From positions 1-40,384 of IMG/VR virus record IMGVR_UViG_2718218168_000007: a stretch of 40,384 nucleotides of DNA, one strand, 5' to 3'. A program made the position numbers and the translations under genes. How positions within the stretch are numbered: position 1 is the first letter of the stretch; each line of letters begins with the position of its first letter. The notes under the pieces are model-generated. The model saw only the letters and a program-made list of their open reading frames with translations. It searched no databases and had not been told where the DNA came from. Source of the stretch: a virus. Its lineage: Duplodnaviria > Heunggongvirae > Uroviricota > Caudoviricetes. Of the stretch, positions 1 to 10,369 are shown in pieces.

Positions 1-540
1 TTCATGAAGTCCACTTATTGATAGAATTGAAAATCATCAATAACATAGAGGTTGTATACATGCTATCGTTCCATCGATAATTCACAGATACATTATTCGT
101 AGAGGCACTCCAGGAATGCTTTCAGTTATTCATTGGGGTTAAAAGAATTTACATGAATAATGCCAGTGAAGACTAACCAGAATAATAAACTCAAGAATAA
201 GATTATCATCAATTATAACGTCAAATATATAAGATATTTATTTCGCTTTTCGGTAGGAAAAACCGAAGAATTGAATAACGGCCAGTATGTTGGTAATGCT
301 GCCAACTTACTGATTTAGTGTATGATGGTGATTTTAAGGTGCTTGCGTGGCTTCCATTTCCATCAGATGTCCTTCCTGCTCCGCTACTGAAGGCGTGGTG
401 CGTAACGGCAAAAGCACTGCCGGGCATCAGCGCTATCTCTGCTCTCATTGCCGTAAAACATGGCAACTACAGTTCACTTACACCGCCTCTCAGCCCGGTA
501 CGCACCAGAAAATCATTGATATGGCCATGAATGGCGTCGG

Positions 541-1844
<1,304 letters not shown>

Positions 1845-1904
1845 GTCTTTAAGTGATAAGCATAAACCGCAGCACGATCTTCTTGCATACGACGTGCTAC
1901 GGTT

Positions 1905-2459
1905 TCATTTATCTCCGACCGGAAACTTCTTATACAGTGTCGATATACCAACATCATAGATGATCGCCACCTTTTGGCGAGGAACGCCTGATGCAATTAA
2001 TCGCCCGGCCTGCGCCCATTGTTCTGGTGTAAGTTTGGGACGACGTCCACCAATTCGTCCCTGTGCGCGAGCTGCTTCCAGTCCAGCTTTTGTTCGTTCA
2101 ACAATCAGTTCACGCTCCATTTCAGCCAGGGCACCCATCACATGAAAGAAAAAGCGCCCCATTGGGGTACTGGTATCAATTGAATCCGTCAGACTACGAA
2201 AGTTGATGCCTCGTTCGCGCAACTCCTCCACCAGCACGACAAGATGCCGCATACTGCGCCCCAGTCGGTCCAGTTTCCAGACCACCAGCGTGTCACCTGC
2301 CGATAATGTCCTGAGCAGCTTTTTCAGTCCTGGTCTGTCGGACTTTGTACCGCTTATCTTGTCTTCAAAAATCAGCTCACATCCTGCACACTCCAGCGCA
2401 TTACGCTGTAATTCCGTATTCTGGTTATTTGTTGATACGCGGACATAGCCAATAAGCAT
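1905..2459 (-). CDS. pin: Serine DNA invertase, Pin/Gin/Cin/Hin family
   Basis: MLIGYVRVSTNNQNTELQ...LVVWKLDRLGRSMRHL...GRIGGRRPKLT is the resolvase/invertase catalytic core plus C-terminal HTH. Start placed at the internal ATG (2459) preceded by AGGGGA rather than the ORF-track start at 2504. Confidence 0.9.
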   Translation of the reverse strand: MLIGYVRVSTNNQNTELQRNALECAGCELIFEDKISGTKSDRPGLKKLLRTLSAGDTLVVWKLDRLGRSMRHLVVLVEELRERGINFRSLTDSIDTSTPMGRFFFHVMGALAEMERELIVERTKAGLEAARAQGRIGGRRPKLTPEQWAQAGRLIASGVPRQKVAIIYDVGISTLYKKFPVGDK

Positions 2460-2486
2460 GAGCATTCCCCTGAGTAAAAACCGGGG

Positions 2487-2879
2487 ATGATGCCAGTTAG
2501 CCATAATCTCTGCATTTTCTTAAACGTTGGTTTGGGAGAAGCGGCTAAAAGGAATGTAGGGACAGGGGCGAATCAGATACCTGATATGGGTAGCTTCACG
2601 CTTTCTGTTTCAGGTACTGGATATCAAAAATTACCATCAGGTTTTATTCTTCAGTGGGGCTCAATCGGCGCTCCAGGCATTGCACAGGATGTAGTAACCC
2701 ATTTCCCAATTGCATTTCCAAACAGATGTCTGCGTGTTTTGGTCTCACAAGACTATACACCAGATAGCGGGGCTGTTGGTTATATTGCCTGTGCAGGTTT
2801 TAGTCCCGACCCGGTTAAATTTATATCCAGAGCCAGTAATCCTGGCCTCGGCGCTTCATTTTTAGCGTTAGGCTGTTAA
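2487..2879 (+). CDS. Alternative tail-fibre C-terminal cassette (silent in this orientation)
   Basis: Plus-strand ORF inside the invertible segment with no independent start context; it begins at the left crossover site and encodes a fibre-tip-like sequence that would fuse to the constant fibre N-terminus after inversion. Confidence 0.5.
   Translation: MMPVSHNLCIFLNVGLGEAAKRNVGTGANQIPDMGSFTLSVSGTGYQKLPSGFILQWGSIGAPGIAQDVVTHFPIAFPNRCLRVLVSQDYTPDSGAVGYIACAGFSPDPVKFISRASNPGLGASFLALGC
2515..2540. repeat. Left crossover site of the invertible segment (gix/pix-like)
   Basis: tttcttaaacgttggtttgggagaa resembles the recalled gix consensus; its 14-nt core ttggtttgggagaa recurs inverted at 4383-4396. 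Confidence 0.6.
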
Positions 2880-2900
2880 TTTAGCTATATGGAGTGAAAA

Positions 2901-3341
2901 ATGAATTACATATATTCCGCGACTACAAACTCTTTCTATCCGCTGGAGATGAAAGAGGATTACACTCAAGCTGACTCATGGCCAGATGATGCTGTTGAAG
3001 TTGATGAGCAAGTGTATATTGAGTTTTCCGGATTACCGCCGAAAGGAAAAATCCGTATCGCTGGAGAAAATGGTTTTCCTGCATGGTCCGAAATTCCACC
3101 ACCAACACATGAGGAACAAATTGCTGCAGCCGAACTGGAGAAGCAGCAATTGATTAATCAGGCCAACGATTATATGAACAGTAAACAATGGCCTGGTAAA
3201 GCGGCTATTGGTCGTCTGAAAGGTGACGAACTGGCGCAATATAATTTGTGGCTGGATTACCTGGACGCACTGGAACTGGTCGATACTTCCGGTGCGCCAG
3301 ATATTGAATGGCCTACGCCTCCGGCAGTTCAGGCCAGATGA
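2901..3341 (+). CDS. Tail fibre assembly protein (alternative copy, Tfa')
   Basis: 146-aa product with the Tfa-like C-terminus LWLDYLDALELVDTSGAPDIEWPTPP; convergent with the other tfa, as in Mu U/U'. Confidence 0.8.
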   Translation: MNYIYSATTNSFYPLEMKEDYTQADSWPDDAVEVDEQVYIEFSGLPPKGKIRIAGENGFPAWSEIPPPTHEEQIAAAELEKQQLINQANDYMNSKQWPGKAAIGRLKGDELAQYNLWLDYLDALELVDTSGAPDIEWPTPPAVQAR

Positions 3342-3915
3342 CATCCGGCGCGGTGCTCGTATCTGTTGCCGTCACCGCGTCAATGTAATCCAGCACAGCG
3401 TTAAGTCGGGTGGTTTCTGCCTGCGTCAGCTTCCGCCCGGCCTGCAATTTCAGTTGAATCAGACTGATGGAAGCCATTGCAGTATCAATCAGTGACTGAC
3501 GCAGTGCTTCTGCCGCGTCTACTGCGGCGCTATGCTGTGCCTCAGTATCGGTCACCCATTTCTTACCATCCCATTTATCGAATGGCGTTAACGGGGCGAT
3601 AGTGGTTGTATTTTCAGGATAATCACCCGGAGCTGTGATTTCTTTGGCGTCTCCCGTTTCGGTGTTATAGACGATTTCACCGCGATGGTCTGGCACATAT
3701 TCCCATGAGTTTAAATCCATCGAACGGCAGATAGCATAACCCGCCTTATGTATACCAGGTTCATCCAGACAGGAATATGCAGGGATACCGACACCAATGG
3801 CAAGATATTCATTTGAAGTAGAAATATATTCCCGAGTTTTACCATCATAGTTATAGACGGTAATATTCCCCGCCTTCGTGGCAATAAGCTCGCTATTTAA
3901 TACGGCGTTATCCAT
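3313..3915 (-). CDS. Tail fibre assembly protein (Tfa, in the expressed orientation)
   Basis: 200-aa product with the Tfa-type C-terminus VLDYIDAVTATDTSTAPDVIWPELP; immediately downstream of the fibre gene on the same strand. Confidence 0.8.
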   Translation of the reverse strand: MDNAVLNSELIATKAGNITVYNYDGKTREYISTSNEYLAIGVGIPAYSCLDEPGIHKAGYAICRSMDLNSWEYVPDHRGEIVYNTETGDAKEITAPGDYPENTTTIAPLTPFDKWDGKKWVTDTEAQHSAAVDAAEALRQSLIDTAMASISLIQLKLQAGRKLTQAETTRLNAVLDYIDAVTATDTSTAPDVIWPELPEA

Positions 3916-4685
3916 TATGCAGCCCTCACGATATAGTTAAATGCAATATTTCGTGGACGGGTTTCACTCCCGCCAGTATTACCGATACTCCCTCGTGAAT
4001 GAAGTGTCGGTGATGGGATCAGACTCCCTCCTGTATTTGTGGCATCAAGTCCACGTCCTTGTGTGTATGTCTTTTTGAAAATCGTAGCCAGTTCCCATTC
4101 ATCTTTTGTGTCGTAACCATCATTGGCAACAACAATATGGCGGTGTTTTTCCAGCATCCCTGTCTGAATGCTCAATAAAACACGTCCTGCATCAATACCG
4201 CGCCCGTCATCCCAGCCACGAATAAACTCACCACGTAAATCAGGCAATTTATTTGTCGGATAAGCCTTTGCCAGTTCCGGGTATTCTTCAGCAGAAAAAG
4301 CCGCACCGTTGCATTTCAGCCAGCCTGTTGGCGGTGTGGCTGAAGGCCATGGAACAGGCACACCAACAGGTAATGCAGAGCCTTCTCCCAAACCAAGGTT
4401 TTCGAGAGCCGTTTGCACAGTGCCATCCGATTTGATATCGCCAAACGGATTCTTGCGGCTTAACAGCAGCGCGCGAAGTGCGGTAAGTAACTGGTCGTGC
4501 CGCCCCTTCTCCAGGCTGGCACCGGATGCCTCCACCACGCTGCAAAGTTCCTCCTGCAACATGTCAAAGTAGTCATCATCCAGATCGGTGGCAGGCGTGC
4601 CGGTCTGGGGGTTACCACGGGTAAAACCGTTCTTACCCGCGCCGAACTTATCCTTCTGCGCGGTTTTCGTGTCTATACGATGCAT
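3915..4685 (-). CDS. Tail fibre protein (constant N-terminus 4397-4685, variable C-terminus inside the invertible segment)
   Basis: 256-aa product; the right crossover site lies in the codons for ENLGLGE; position matches e14 stfP-like short fibres. Confidence 0.75.
   Translation of the reverse strand: MHRIDTKTAQKDKFGAGKNGFTRGNPQTGTPATDLDDDYFDMLQEELCSVVEASGASLEKGRHDQLLTALRALLLSRKNPFGDIKSDGTVQTALENLGLGEGSALPVGVPVPWPSATPPTGWLKCNGAAFSAEEYPELAKAYPTNKLPDLRGEFIRGWDDGRGIDAGRVLLSIQTGMLEKHRHIVVANDGYDTKDEWELATIFKKTYTQGRGLDATNTGGSLIPSPTLHSRGSIGNTGGSETRPRNIAFNYIVRAA
4383..4408. repeat. Right crossover site of the invertible segment (inside the fibre gene)
   Basis: ttctcccaaaccaaggttttcgagag; the first 14 nt are the exact reverse complement of 2527-2540. 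Confidence 0.6.
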
Positions 4686-4688
4686 GGA

Positions 4689-5273
4689 TTACTCCGGATA
4701 TTTAAAAATTACGTAGGTATGCGACGGGCAGAGTTTGTTAAGCACACACTCGACAACGGTGTCACCCCAGATACGCAGTGCGGAATCACAGGGATCGCCA
4801 CATGTCATCCAGGTGGTGTTGGTGGTGGCTGGCATGTTGACCTGCCAGTAATACCGCCATTCCGGTGCATTCACCGCGTCAGTACAGGCCGATGAGCAGG
4901 TGAAAGTGCTTTTGTCGTATCGCGTGATGGTGGCATCTGGTCTGCCCAGGGCAGCAAGCTGTGCAAGATAAAAATCCTCGTTGATGCCGCCCGCCAGGTT
5001 AACCTTCGCATCCAGCCGTTGCTGACGCTGGCGAAGGGTCTGCGTTCCCGCCGGAATACATTCATCCGGCAGACCGCACAGACGCTCCCAGCGGTTTATC
5101 AGTTCAGTGGTGGTGCGCGGATCCAGCTCCCGCATCAGGGCATCCGCACGCTGATGAACACGGGTTAATGACGGTGCCGCACCGGCAATCGCCGGATCGC
5201 TGGCTGACCACGCCGGACCGGGCGGCAACAGTGCCGATAACAGGCGGATGTAATCATCGTTTGTCACGTCCAT
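4689..5273 (-). CDS. Phage tail protein, DUF2313 family (Mu gp48 / e14 YmfQ-like)
   Basis: 194-aa product recalled as YmfQ-like; sits between the baseplate J gene and the fibre gene. Confidence 0.7.
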   Translation of the reverse strand: MDVTNDDYIRLLSALLPPGPAWSASDPAIAGAAPSLTRVHQRADALMRELDPRTTTELINRWERLCGLPDECIPAGTQTLRQRQQRLDAKVNLAGGINEDFYLAQLAALGRPDATITRYDKSTFTCSSACTDAVNAPEWRYYWQVNMPATTNTTWMTCGDPCDSALRIWGDTVVECVLNKLCPSHTYVIFKYPE

Positions 5274-6322
5274 GAAATCGTCCCCAGTACCGCCAGTTCG
5301 TTTTTCGCAATGGAGATATTGTCCACCGGTGCAAGCAACTGATGGCTGTATTCCCCGTTCGCACCGGAAATCGCCTCACTGATACGCGATACCTTGAGTT
5401 CTCCCTGCGGATAACCATCACGCAGCAGGAACGAACGCAACTCCGCGGTAATGGCAGCCCGTATTTCTGGTGTGTCCGGCGTCACGCGGATATGAAAATC
5501 CACCGTATGTGCCACCGGCCTGAATACATACAAATCAGAGCCTGCCACCGGGGCCAGTGGCCAGATATGTTGTCTTGCTGCCGTTTCCGTTGACTCTTCC
5601 GGAATGGGATTAATCAGGTCACTGCTGGCAATCATCACACCGACAGTTCCCGTTCCCATCCAGTGACGGTATGTCCATGCGCGGGTAATGCCGGGCACTT
5701 CTTTAGCCCAGACGACATAGTCCCCGTCAGCCCCGCCCTGAGGCGTCCAGTAATACCGCTCAATGACGCGGGCGCGCCACGTTTCCAGCTCTTCAGTATC
5801 AAATCCACCTGTCAGGGTATCTGCCACGCCGGAAGACGGCAGACCATTAACCGGCGTGACCAGGATTAATGACGTACCGTCGTCAGCGTTACCGACCGCG
5901 CCTGCACTTGAGCAGGCGATCGGCACGCGCAGGACACCACCGGAGCTGGTTGCATCGGCAGTTGCCGTGTACTGAACCAGGTCATCGCGCTGAATAACAC
6001 TCCCGGCGGTCACCTTCAGGCCATCGCTGACACCTTCCCAGCGCATATACCCGCTGGCAGCCGTGGCCCCCTTGCGCGGACACCGTTTCATCGCAGCATG
6101 TCGCGCCAGCCAGGACTCATCGCACAGGTCAGGCAGAATGTTCATTGCCAGATAATCGATGTACCCGTAAACCGTATGCAGCGCCGCCGCATACACCTTT
6201 GCCCGCACGTCTTCATCCATGCGCCGGAGCGTGTCGCTGACGTCCAGCCTGGCGAATAAATCGTTACGGAGCATACTGATATTTTCTGTCAGCGTCGGGC
6301 GCTGAAATTCACTGTCCGCCAT
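5264..6322 (-). CDS. Baseplate J-like protein (Mu gp47-like)
   Basis: 352-aa product at the conserved position in a Mu-type baseplate cluster; family assignment by recall. Confidence 0.75.
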   Translation of the reverse strand: MADSEFQRPTLTENISMLRNDLFARLDVSDTLRRMDEDVRAKVYAAALHTVYGYIDYLAMNILPDLCDESWLARHAAMKRCPRKGATAASGYMRWEGVSDGLKVTAGSVIQRDDLVQYTATADATSSGGVLRVPIACSSAGAVGNADDGTSLILVTPVNGLPSSGVADTLTGGFDTEELETWRARVIERYYWTPQGGADGDYVVWAKEVPGITRAWTYRHWMGTGTVGVMIASSDLINPIPEESTETAARQHIWPLAPVAGSDLYVFRPVAHTVDFHIRVTPDTPEIRAAITAELRSFLLRDGYPQGELKVSRISEAISGANGEYSHQLLAPVDNISIAKNELAVLGTISWT

Positions 6323-6737
6323 GCGTTATCGCACTCCACAGATCATCAAAAGAAATCATTACCGGTCCGTCACGACGCCAGAGAGTGATACTATTACCCA
6401 GTTCATTAATCCCGGTGCGGCGGATATCCAGATCAATACGGGACACCACGCCGTCATCAATCATCCATTGCAGGCATTCGCGGATATACCCCCTTACCGT
6501 CTGCACCAGCTGATTGGTCAGTTTGCTGCGCTGAAGCAGCCACAGTCGGGAGCCGTAACGGTCATTCTGTACCGCAGGCCAGGTATCCCCCCACCATCCC
6601 ATCGGGACGTCGGCGTTGTCATCAGGCTCCGCCCGCCGCCAGGTAAACAGGGAAATCACCACGGCGCGGGTCAGCGGATCCAGCGGTGCGCTGGCGCAGG
6701 TGCGTTTACCGTTCACCGTCAGCCACAGTTCCATCAT
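6309..6737 (-). CDS. Baseplate protein, phage GP46 family (Mu gp46-like)
   Basis: 142-aa product; size and synteny between the gp45-like and gp47-like genes. Confidence 0.65.
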   Translation of the reverse strand: MMELWLTVNGKRTCASAPLDPLTRAVVISLFTWRRAEPDDNADVPMGWWGDTWPAVQNDRYGSRLWLLQRSKLTNQLVQTVRGYIRECLQWMIDDGVVSRIDLDIRRTGINELGNSITLWRRDGPVMISFDDLWSAITHGGQ

Positions 6738-7282
6738 GCCTCCATCGCTTTATCAGGTTTGTCGGTGTTACTGCCCTGACCGTTCTCTCTGTGACGATGC
6801 CCGTTATAGGCAAGCCGCATCGCTGACATGGTGGTGCCGCTGGAGTCGCACAGGTCTTTCACCTGTCCTGTCACTTCTAGGTCCATTTCAAAACGTGCTT
6901 TAGGTGAATTGCGAAACGTGATCGTTTTACCTGCACCGTCCACCACGATCCCCTCCCGGGTCAGCGTCACGGACTGCCCCTGATCGTCATAGACCGCCAC
7001 CTCACCCGTCTGCAGCCCTTTCAGGCGGTAGCGCCGGTCCGACACCGTAACAACCACCGCATGAGAACGGTCGCCATCCGGAAACAACACCACCGCTTCC
7101 GCACCGCTGTTTGCCCTTGCGGTAAAACCGTAGGGTTCAAGATGTTCAACCCCGGCTTTGGGTTCACCGGCAATCAGGGACACATCCACGGTCTGACATT
7201 TCGTGGCGGCACTGATGCTTTTCACCACTGCCCGCCCAATAAGGCCGAGAAGTTGTCGCTGCATGGCTTCAATCGTCCTCAT
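6734..7282 (-). CDS. Baseplate assembly protein V / spike (Mu gp45-like)
   Basis: 182-aa product; synteny and recalled similarity to gpV-type baseplate proteins. Confidence 0.65.
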   Translation of the reverse strand: MRTIEAMQRQLLGLIGRAVVKSISAATKCQTVDVSLIAGEPKAGVEHLEPYGFTARANSGAEAVVLFPDGDRSHAVVVTVSDRRYRLKGLQTGEVAVYDDQGQSVTLTREGIVVDGAGKTITFRNSPKARFEMDLEVTGQVKDLCDSSGTTMSAMRLAYNGHRHRENGQGSNTDKPDKAMEA

Positions 7283-8361
7283 CAGAACGGGTCCTCCTGT
7301 ACTCTGGCTTTTTTCTTTTTCCGCGCGCCGGGGGCTTCGGGTTCAGGCAGATAAGCATCAGGTGGGCCGACACGGATTTCCGTCAGGGTGCCGTTCTGGT
7401 CCTGAGTAAACGTGACTTCCGAGACAAGCAGTTCGGTATTGTCGAAACCACAGACCGGATCGAAGACAATCACCCGCTGGTTGGGCTGCCACAGCGTACC
7501 GTTACCCTGTCGCCAGCCCTGAACCACATAGGTGGTTTCATCCGTCCGCGCCGCCCGTTGTCGGGCTTCAAAGTCCGCACGGGCAATACAGCCTGCCCCC
7601 GTAGCCTGCCCTGTCTGCCTGATATACATCGGACGGTAACGGGCAATAAATGCGTCCTCTGTGCGGGCCCGCAGCGCGGTGGTGGTGGCCTCACCGAAAT
7701 CATCGTCGTTTCCGGCACGCTGCCCCGCCACCTGGTAAACAGAAAACCGCTCCCGGATACTCTTCTCCGTATCACAGGAAAGGATATTTTCCCCAAGTAC
7801 CAGCGCGGTATGTGCCCGCGTTGAGCCAATACCGCCAATCACCAGCCTGCCGTGCGGGTCGTCGTAAGCCAGTGCCTGCTGCTGACCGAGTATTTTGTTG
7901 ATCACCTCAATCACCGTTTCGCCGTGATCAGGCTGGACATCAGGAATAACACCCGACGGCGCACTGTTGTTCACCACCTCAATGCCGAAAGGCGCAGCAA
8001 GCGCCTGCGCAATCTGTACCAGCGATCGTCCGTTAAACTGTGTCGGTTCGGCTGCACAGTCAATCAGGTCAGCGGTCAGACTGCGTCCGGCAATACCGGT
8101 GCTGACCGAACGGGCATCGTAACGAACGGGCGTCGCCTCCACCCAGCCGGTGATCACCAGCTCATCACCAATCAGCACCTCCACTTTTGAACCGTTTTTA
8201 ATGCGCGGCTGAAGCGTGGTGATACCCTCATCTCCCGGCCACTGTCGGGTGATCTCCACACTGAAATCCCGCGCCAGCCGTTCAATACCGGCACCGATGC
8301 GTACCGATGTCCAGCCATTCCACTCCCGGCCATTTACCCGTAGCGTGACATTGTCGTTCAT
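7282..8361 (-). CDS. Baseplate hub / tail protein (Mu gp44 P-like, P2 gpD-like)
   Basis: 359-aa product downstream of the DNA circulation protein gene, as in Mu; start codon overlaps the upstream stop. Confidence 0.65.
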   Translation of the reverse strand: MNDNVTLRVNGREWNGWTSVRIGAGIERLARDFSVEITRQWPGDEGITTLQPRIKNGSKVEVLIGDELVITGWVEATPVRYDARSVSTGIAGRSLTADLIDCAAEPTQFNGRSLVQIAQALAAPFGIEVVNNSAPSGVIPDVQPDHGETVIEVINKILGQQQALAYDDPHGRLVIGGIGSTRAHTALVLGENILSCDTEKSIRERFSVYQVAGQRAGNDDDFGEATTTALRARTEDAFIARYRPMYIRQTGQATGAGCIARADFEARQRAARTDETTYVVQGWRQGNGTLWQPNQRVIVFDPVCGFDNTELLVSEVTFTQDQNGTLTEIRVGPPDAYLPEPEAPGARKKKKARVQEDPF

Positions 8362-9692
8362 TGCACTGGCACCTTCAGAGGGATCACCGGCACAAAGCCG
8401 GGATGCGTAATGGCATTACGCCGGATAATGTCCGCGTCACGCGCCGCGTTATCAAACCAGGTCGCCGCCAGCACCAGCGCGGGTAAAACCTCATCCGGTG
8501 TGCGCTGAATGATCCGTGCAGACTGTTCAAGGCGCGTGTTGATATCCGCATTCAGATCTGCTTTCACCCGGCGCAGCGCCAGAAACAGCGCATCACTGGT
8601 TGTACGGGACAACTCCTTATCAATTGTCGTATTCAGTGTGTCGCGAATGTCAGTCAGTTCTTCCCACGTCGGCAGGTCAACCGTGTTTTTCACCGCCGGT
8701 GCATTGTTCAGTGCCGGATGCGTGACGGAAGGCCAGCCAGTGCTCTGCGCAGGTGTTGTTGCCTGCCCCACTGCGGAATTCTGCATCACCGCGGAAGTTG
8801 TTGGCGCAGGCAATCGGGTGATGGCATACGCCGCTTCGCTGATTGCGGTCGTACGAAGGGTGCTGGCAACCACATTACGCTGCTGCGTAGCCGTGGCGGT
8901 GGTTTTACTGTCCGTTTTCCAGACGCCGCGCGGTTGCAGATCGCTGCCGAGGCTGACACCGGAAAGCGTTTTGATCATGGTGACCAGGTCGCTGGCGTTA
9001 CCATAAAGGCGTTTCCCGGTACGCCACATTTTCTGCACCTGCTCAACGAAATTTTTGCCTGACGATGGCGGCGGCAGAAGTACCGAGATATCCCCCTGCA
9101 ACAGCCTGGCGGCATCCGATACGGCAGAATCCACCACTTTCATCGCATCAGAAACATACCCCAGCATTATGCTGGCATTACCGATAACGTCGTTCTGCAC
9201 GAAATCCGCCACACCATCGATACTGAAACCGCTGAAGCTGTCACTGATGCAGTCATCCAGTGCAGAACAGGATGACATCAGCGTCTGCGCCGTCGCCGCA
9301 CCTGATGTGGGGTAAGAGAGTTCTCCTGCTTCGACAAACTTCAGGTCAAAGCGGACAATACGCCCTTCACTTTTCGATGTGCTGACCCGAACTTCCCCGT
9401 CAACACAGACTTTCAGCTCACCATATGTCGGGTGGACAAGCGTGCCGGGACCGGGTTTATTCAGCGCTTCAATCAGGCGATCGCGCTGGTCAAAGCAGTC
9501 ATCTCCCACCACATAAGCTGTGATGGACGGGCGGAAAGTGACTTTTCCCAGATCTTCGGTATAGGGCTTGTCGCGGTTCGGGTATTCATGTGTTTCCACA
9601 CGGCGACCAGTTCCCGCACTTTCTTCTTCAACCTTAAACGGCACACCTCGAAATGACGCATCCTGAAGCCTGTCTTTCCACGTCATATACAC
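8358..9692 (-). CDS. DNA circulation protein (Mu gp43 N-like)
   Basis: 444-aa product with N-terminus MYMTWKDRLQDASFRGVPFKVEE typical of the Mu N family; lies between the tape measure region and the baseplate hub. Confidence 0.75.
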   Translation of the reverse strand: MYMTWKDRLQDASFRGVPFKVEEESAGTGRRVETHEYPNRDKPYTEDLGKVTFRPSITAYVVGDDCFDQRDRLIEALNKPGPGTLVHPTYGELKVCVDGEVRVSTSKSEGRIVRFDLKFVEAGELSYPTSGAATAQTLMSSCSALDDCISDSFSGFSIDGVADFVQNDVIGNASIMLGYVSDAMKVVDSAVSDAARLLQGDISVLLPPPSSGKNFVEQVQKMWRTGKRLYGNASDLVTMIKTLSGVSLGSDLQPRGVWKTDSKTTATATQQRNVVASTLRTTAISEAAYAITRLPAPTTSAVMQNSAVGQATTPAQSTGWPSVTHPALNNAPAVKNTVDLPTWEELTDIRDTLNTTIDKELSRTTSDALFLALRRVKADLNADINTRLEQSARIIQRTPDEVLPALVLAATWFDNAARDADIIRRNAITHPGFVPVIPLKVPVQ

Positions 9693-9696
9693 TCCG

Positions 9697-9727
9697 AAAA
9701 TAAAAAAGCCACCTATTAGAAGGTGGC
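9697..9727 (-). terminator. Intrinsic terminator of the tail-operon moron
   Basis: On the minus strand: stem GCCACCT/AGGTGGC with a 6-nt loop followed by TTTTTTATTTT, about 20 nt after the stop of the 9748-10278 gene. Confidence 0.7.
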
Positions 9728-9747
9728 CTTGTAATGAATTTTATTAA

Positions 9748-10278
9748 TTAGCGAGTCAGAAACAACGAATCTTTATACTTTTGCTGTTGTTCATTTAAAT
9801 ACTTAGCTGTTTCATCGCTGGCAAATGGAAATATTACCGTATTTTTAGGCATGGTAATTTCTTTTTTGTCCAGCGTCAGAGTAAACATAGGAACATACTG
9901 AGCAGAGTAACGCACCGCAGAAACGAGCTCTAGTTTAGACTCTTCAATAACACTTAAATTATCCAGGCTAACTTTCTCTTCATCTTTTTTCTTTGACGCA
10001 TTTAAAGTTTTTATTACTTTATTTAATTTCTCCTGAAAATCCTCCTTAAAGTTTTCAGGATTGCCGTCGACAACAAGAATCTGTTCACCCTGATTATCTG
10101 GAAAAATAATCTTTGCACTTATCAATTTATTTTCTTTATAAACATCACCAAGTTTTATGGCTCCTCCAGATAACTGAATAATATGTTCATCTTTAAAGGA
10201 GATGTTGCCAGAGATTATGAGAGATGAAAAAATAGCCGCTGCTCCAAGAATTACACTTGCTGTGATATAGCCTTTCAT
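9748..10278 (-). CDS. AT-rich moron protein with N-terminal signal/anchor helix, unknown function
   Basis: 176-aa Lys/Glu-rich product with N-terminus MKGYITASVILGAAAIFSSLIISG; the gene is visibly more AT-rich than the flanking tail genes and has its own promoter-like and terminator elements. Confidence 0.65.
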   Translation of the reverse strand: MKGYITASVILGAAAIFSSLIISGNISFKDEHIIQLSGGAIKLGDVYKENKLISAKIIFPDNQGEQILVVDGNPENFKEDFQEKLNKVIKTLNASKKKDEEKVSLDNLSVIEESKLELVSAVRYSAQYVPMFTLTLDKKEITMPKNTVIFPFASDETAKYLNEQQQKYKDSLFLTR

Positions 10279-10313
10279 TTTTCGCCTATTAACATTTTTC
10301 TAAATGTGCATTA

Positions 10314-10341
10314 ATTCTATCACTCTATTTATGACTTACAA
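10314..10341 (-). promoter_or_regulatory. Candidate sigma70 promoter for the tail-operon moron
   Basis: On the minus strand: TTGTAA, 16-nt spacer, TAGAAT, about 35 nt upstream of the ATG at 10278. Confidence 0.4.
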
Positions 10342-10369
10342 CCAGCAATACATGTGAGGGGAATCCTGG

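Larger units (their letters stand above)
2527..4396. other. Invertible tail-fibre host-range segment (about 1.9 kb, Mu G-segment / e14 P-segment analogue)
   Basis: Bounded by inverted crossover cores at 2527-2540 and 4383-4396, adjacent to the invertase gene; contains two convergent tfa genes and two alternative fibre C-terminal exons. Confidence 0.6.

Noticed and set aside
1-291. Coding potential or attachment-site core in the AT-rich leftmost 291 bp
   Set aside because: No ORF of meaningful length and no repeat matching the other end of the window, which stops at the int stop codon; the boundary cannot be defined from this window.
7470-7838. 122-aa minus-strand ORF and overlapping plus-strand ORFs 7558-7901
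   Set aside because: Alternative frames inside the Mu P-like baseplate gene; no independent support.
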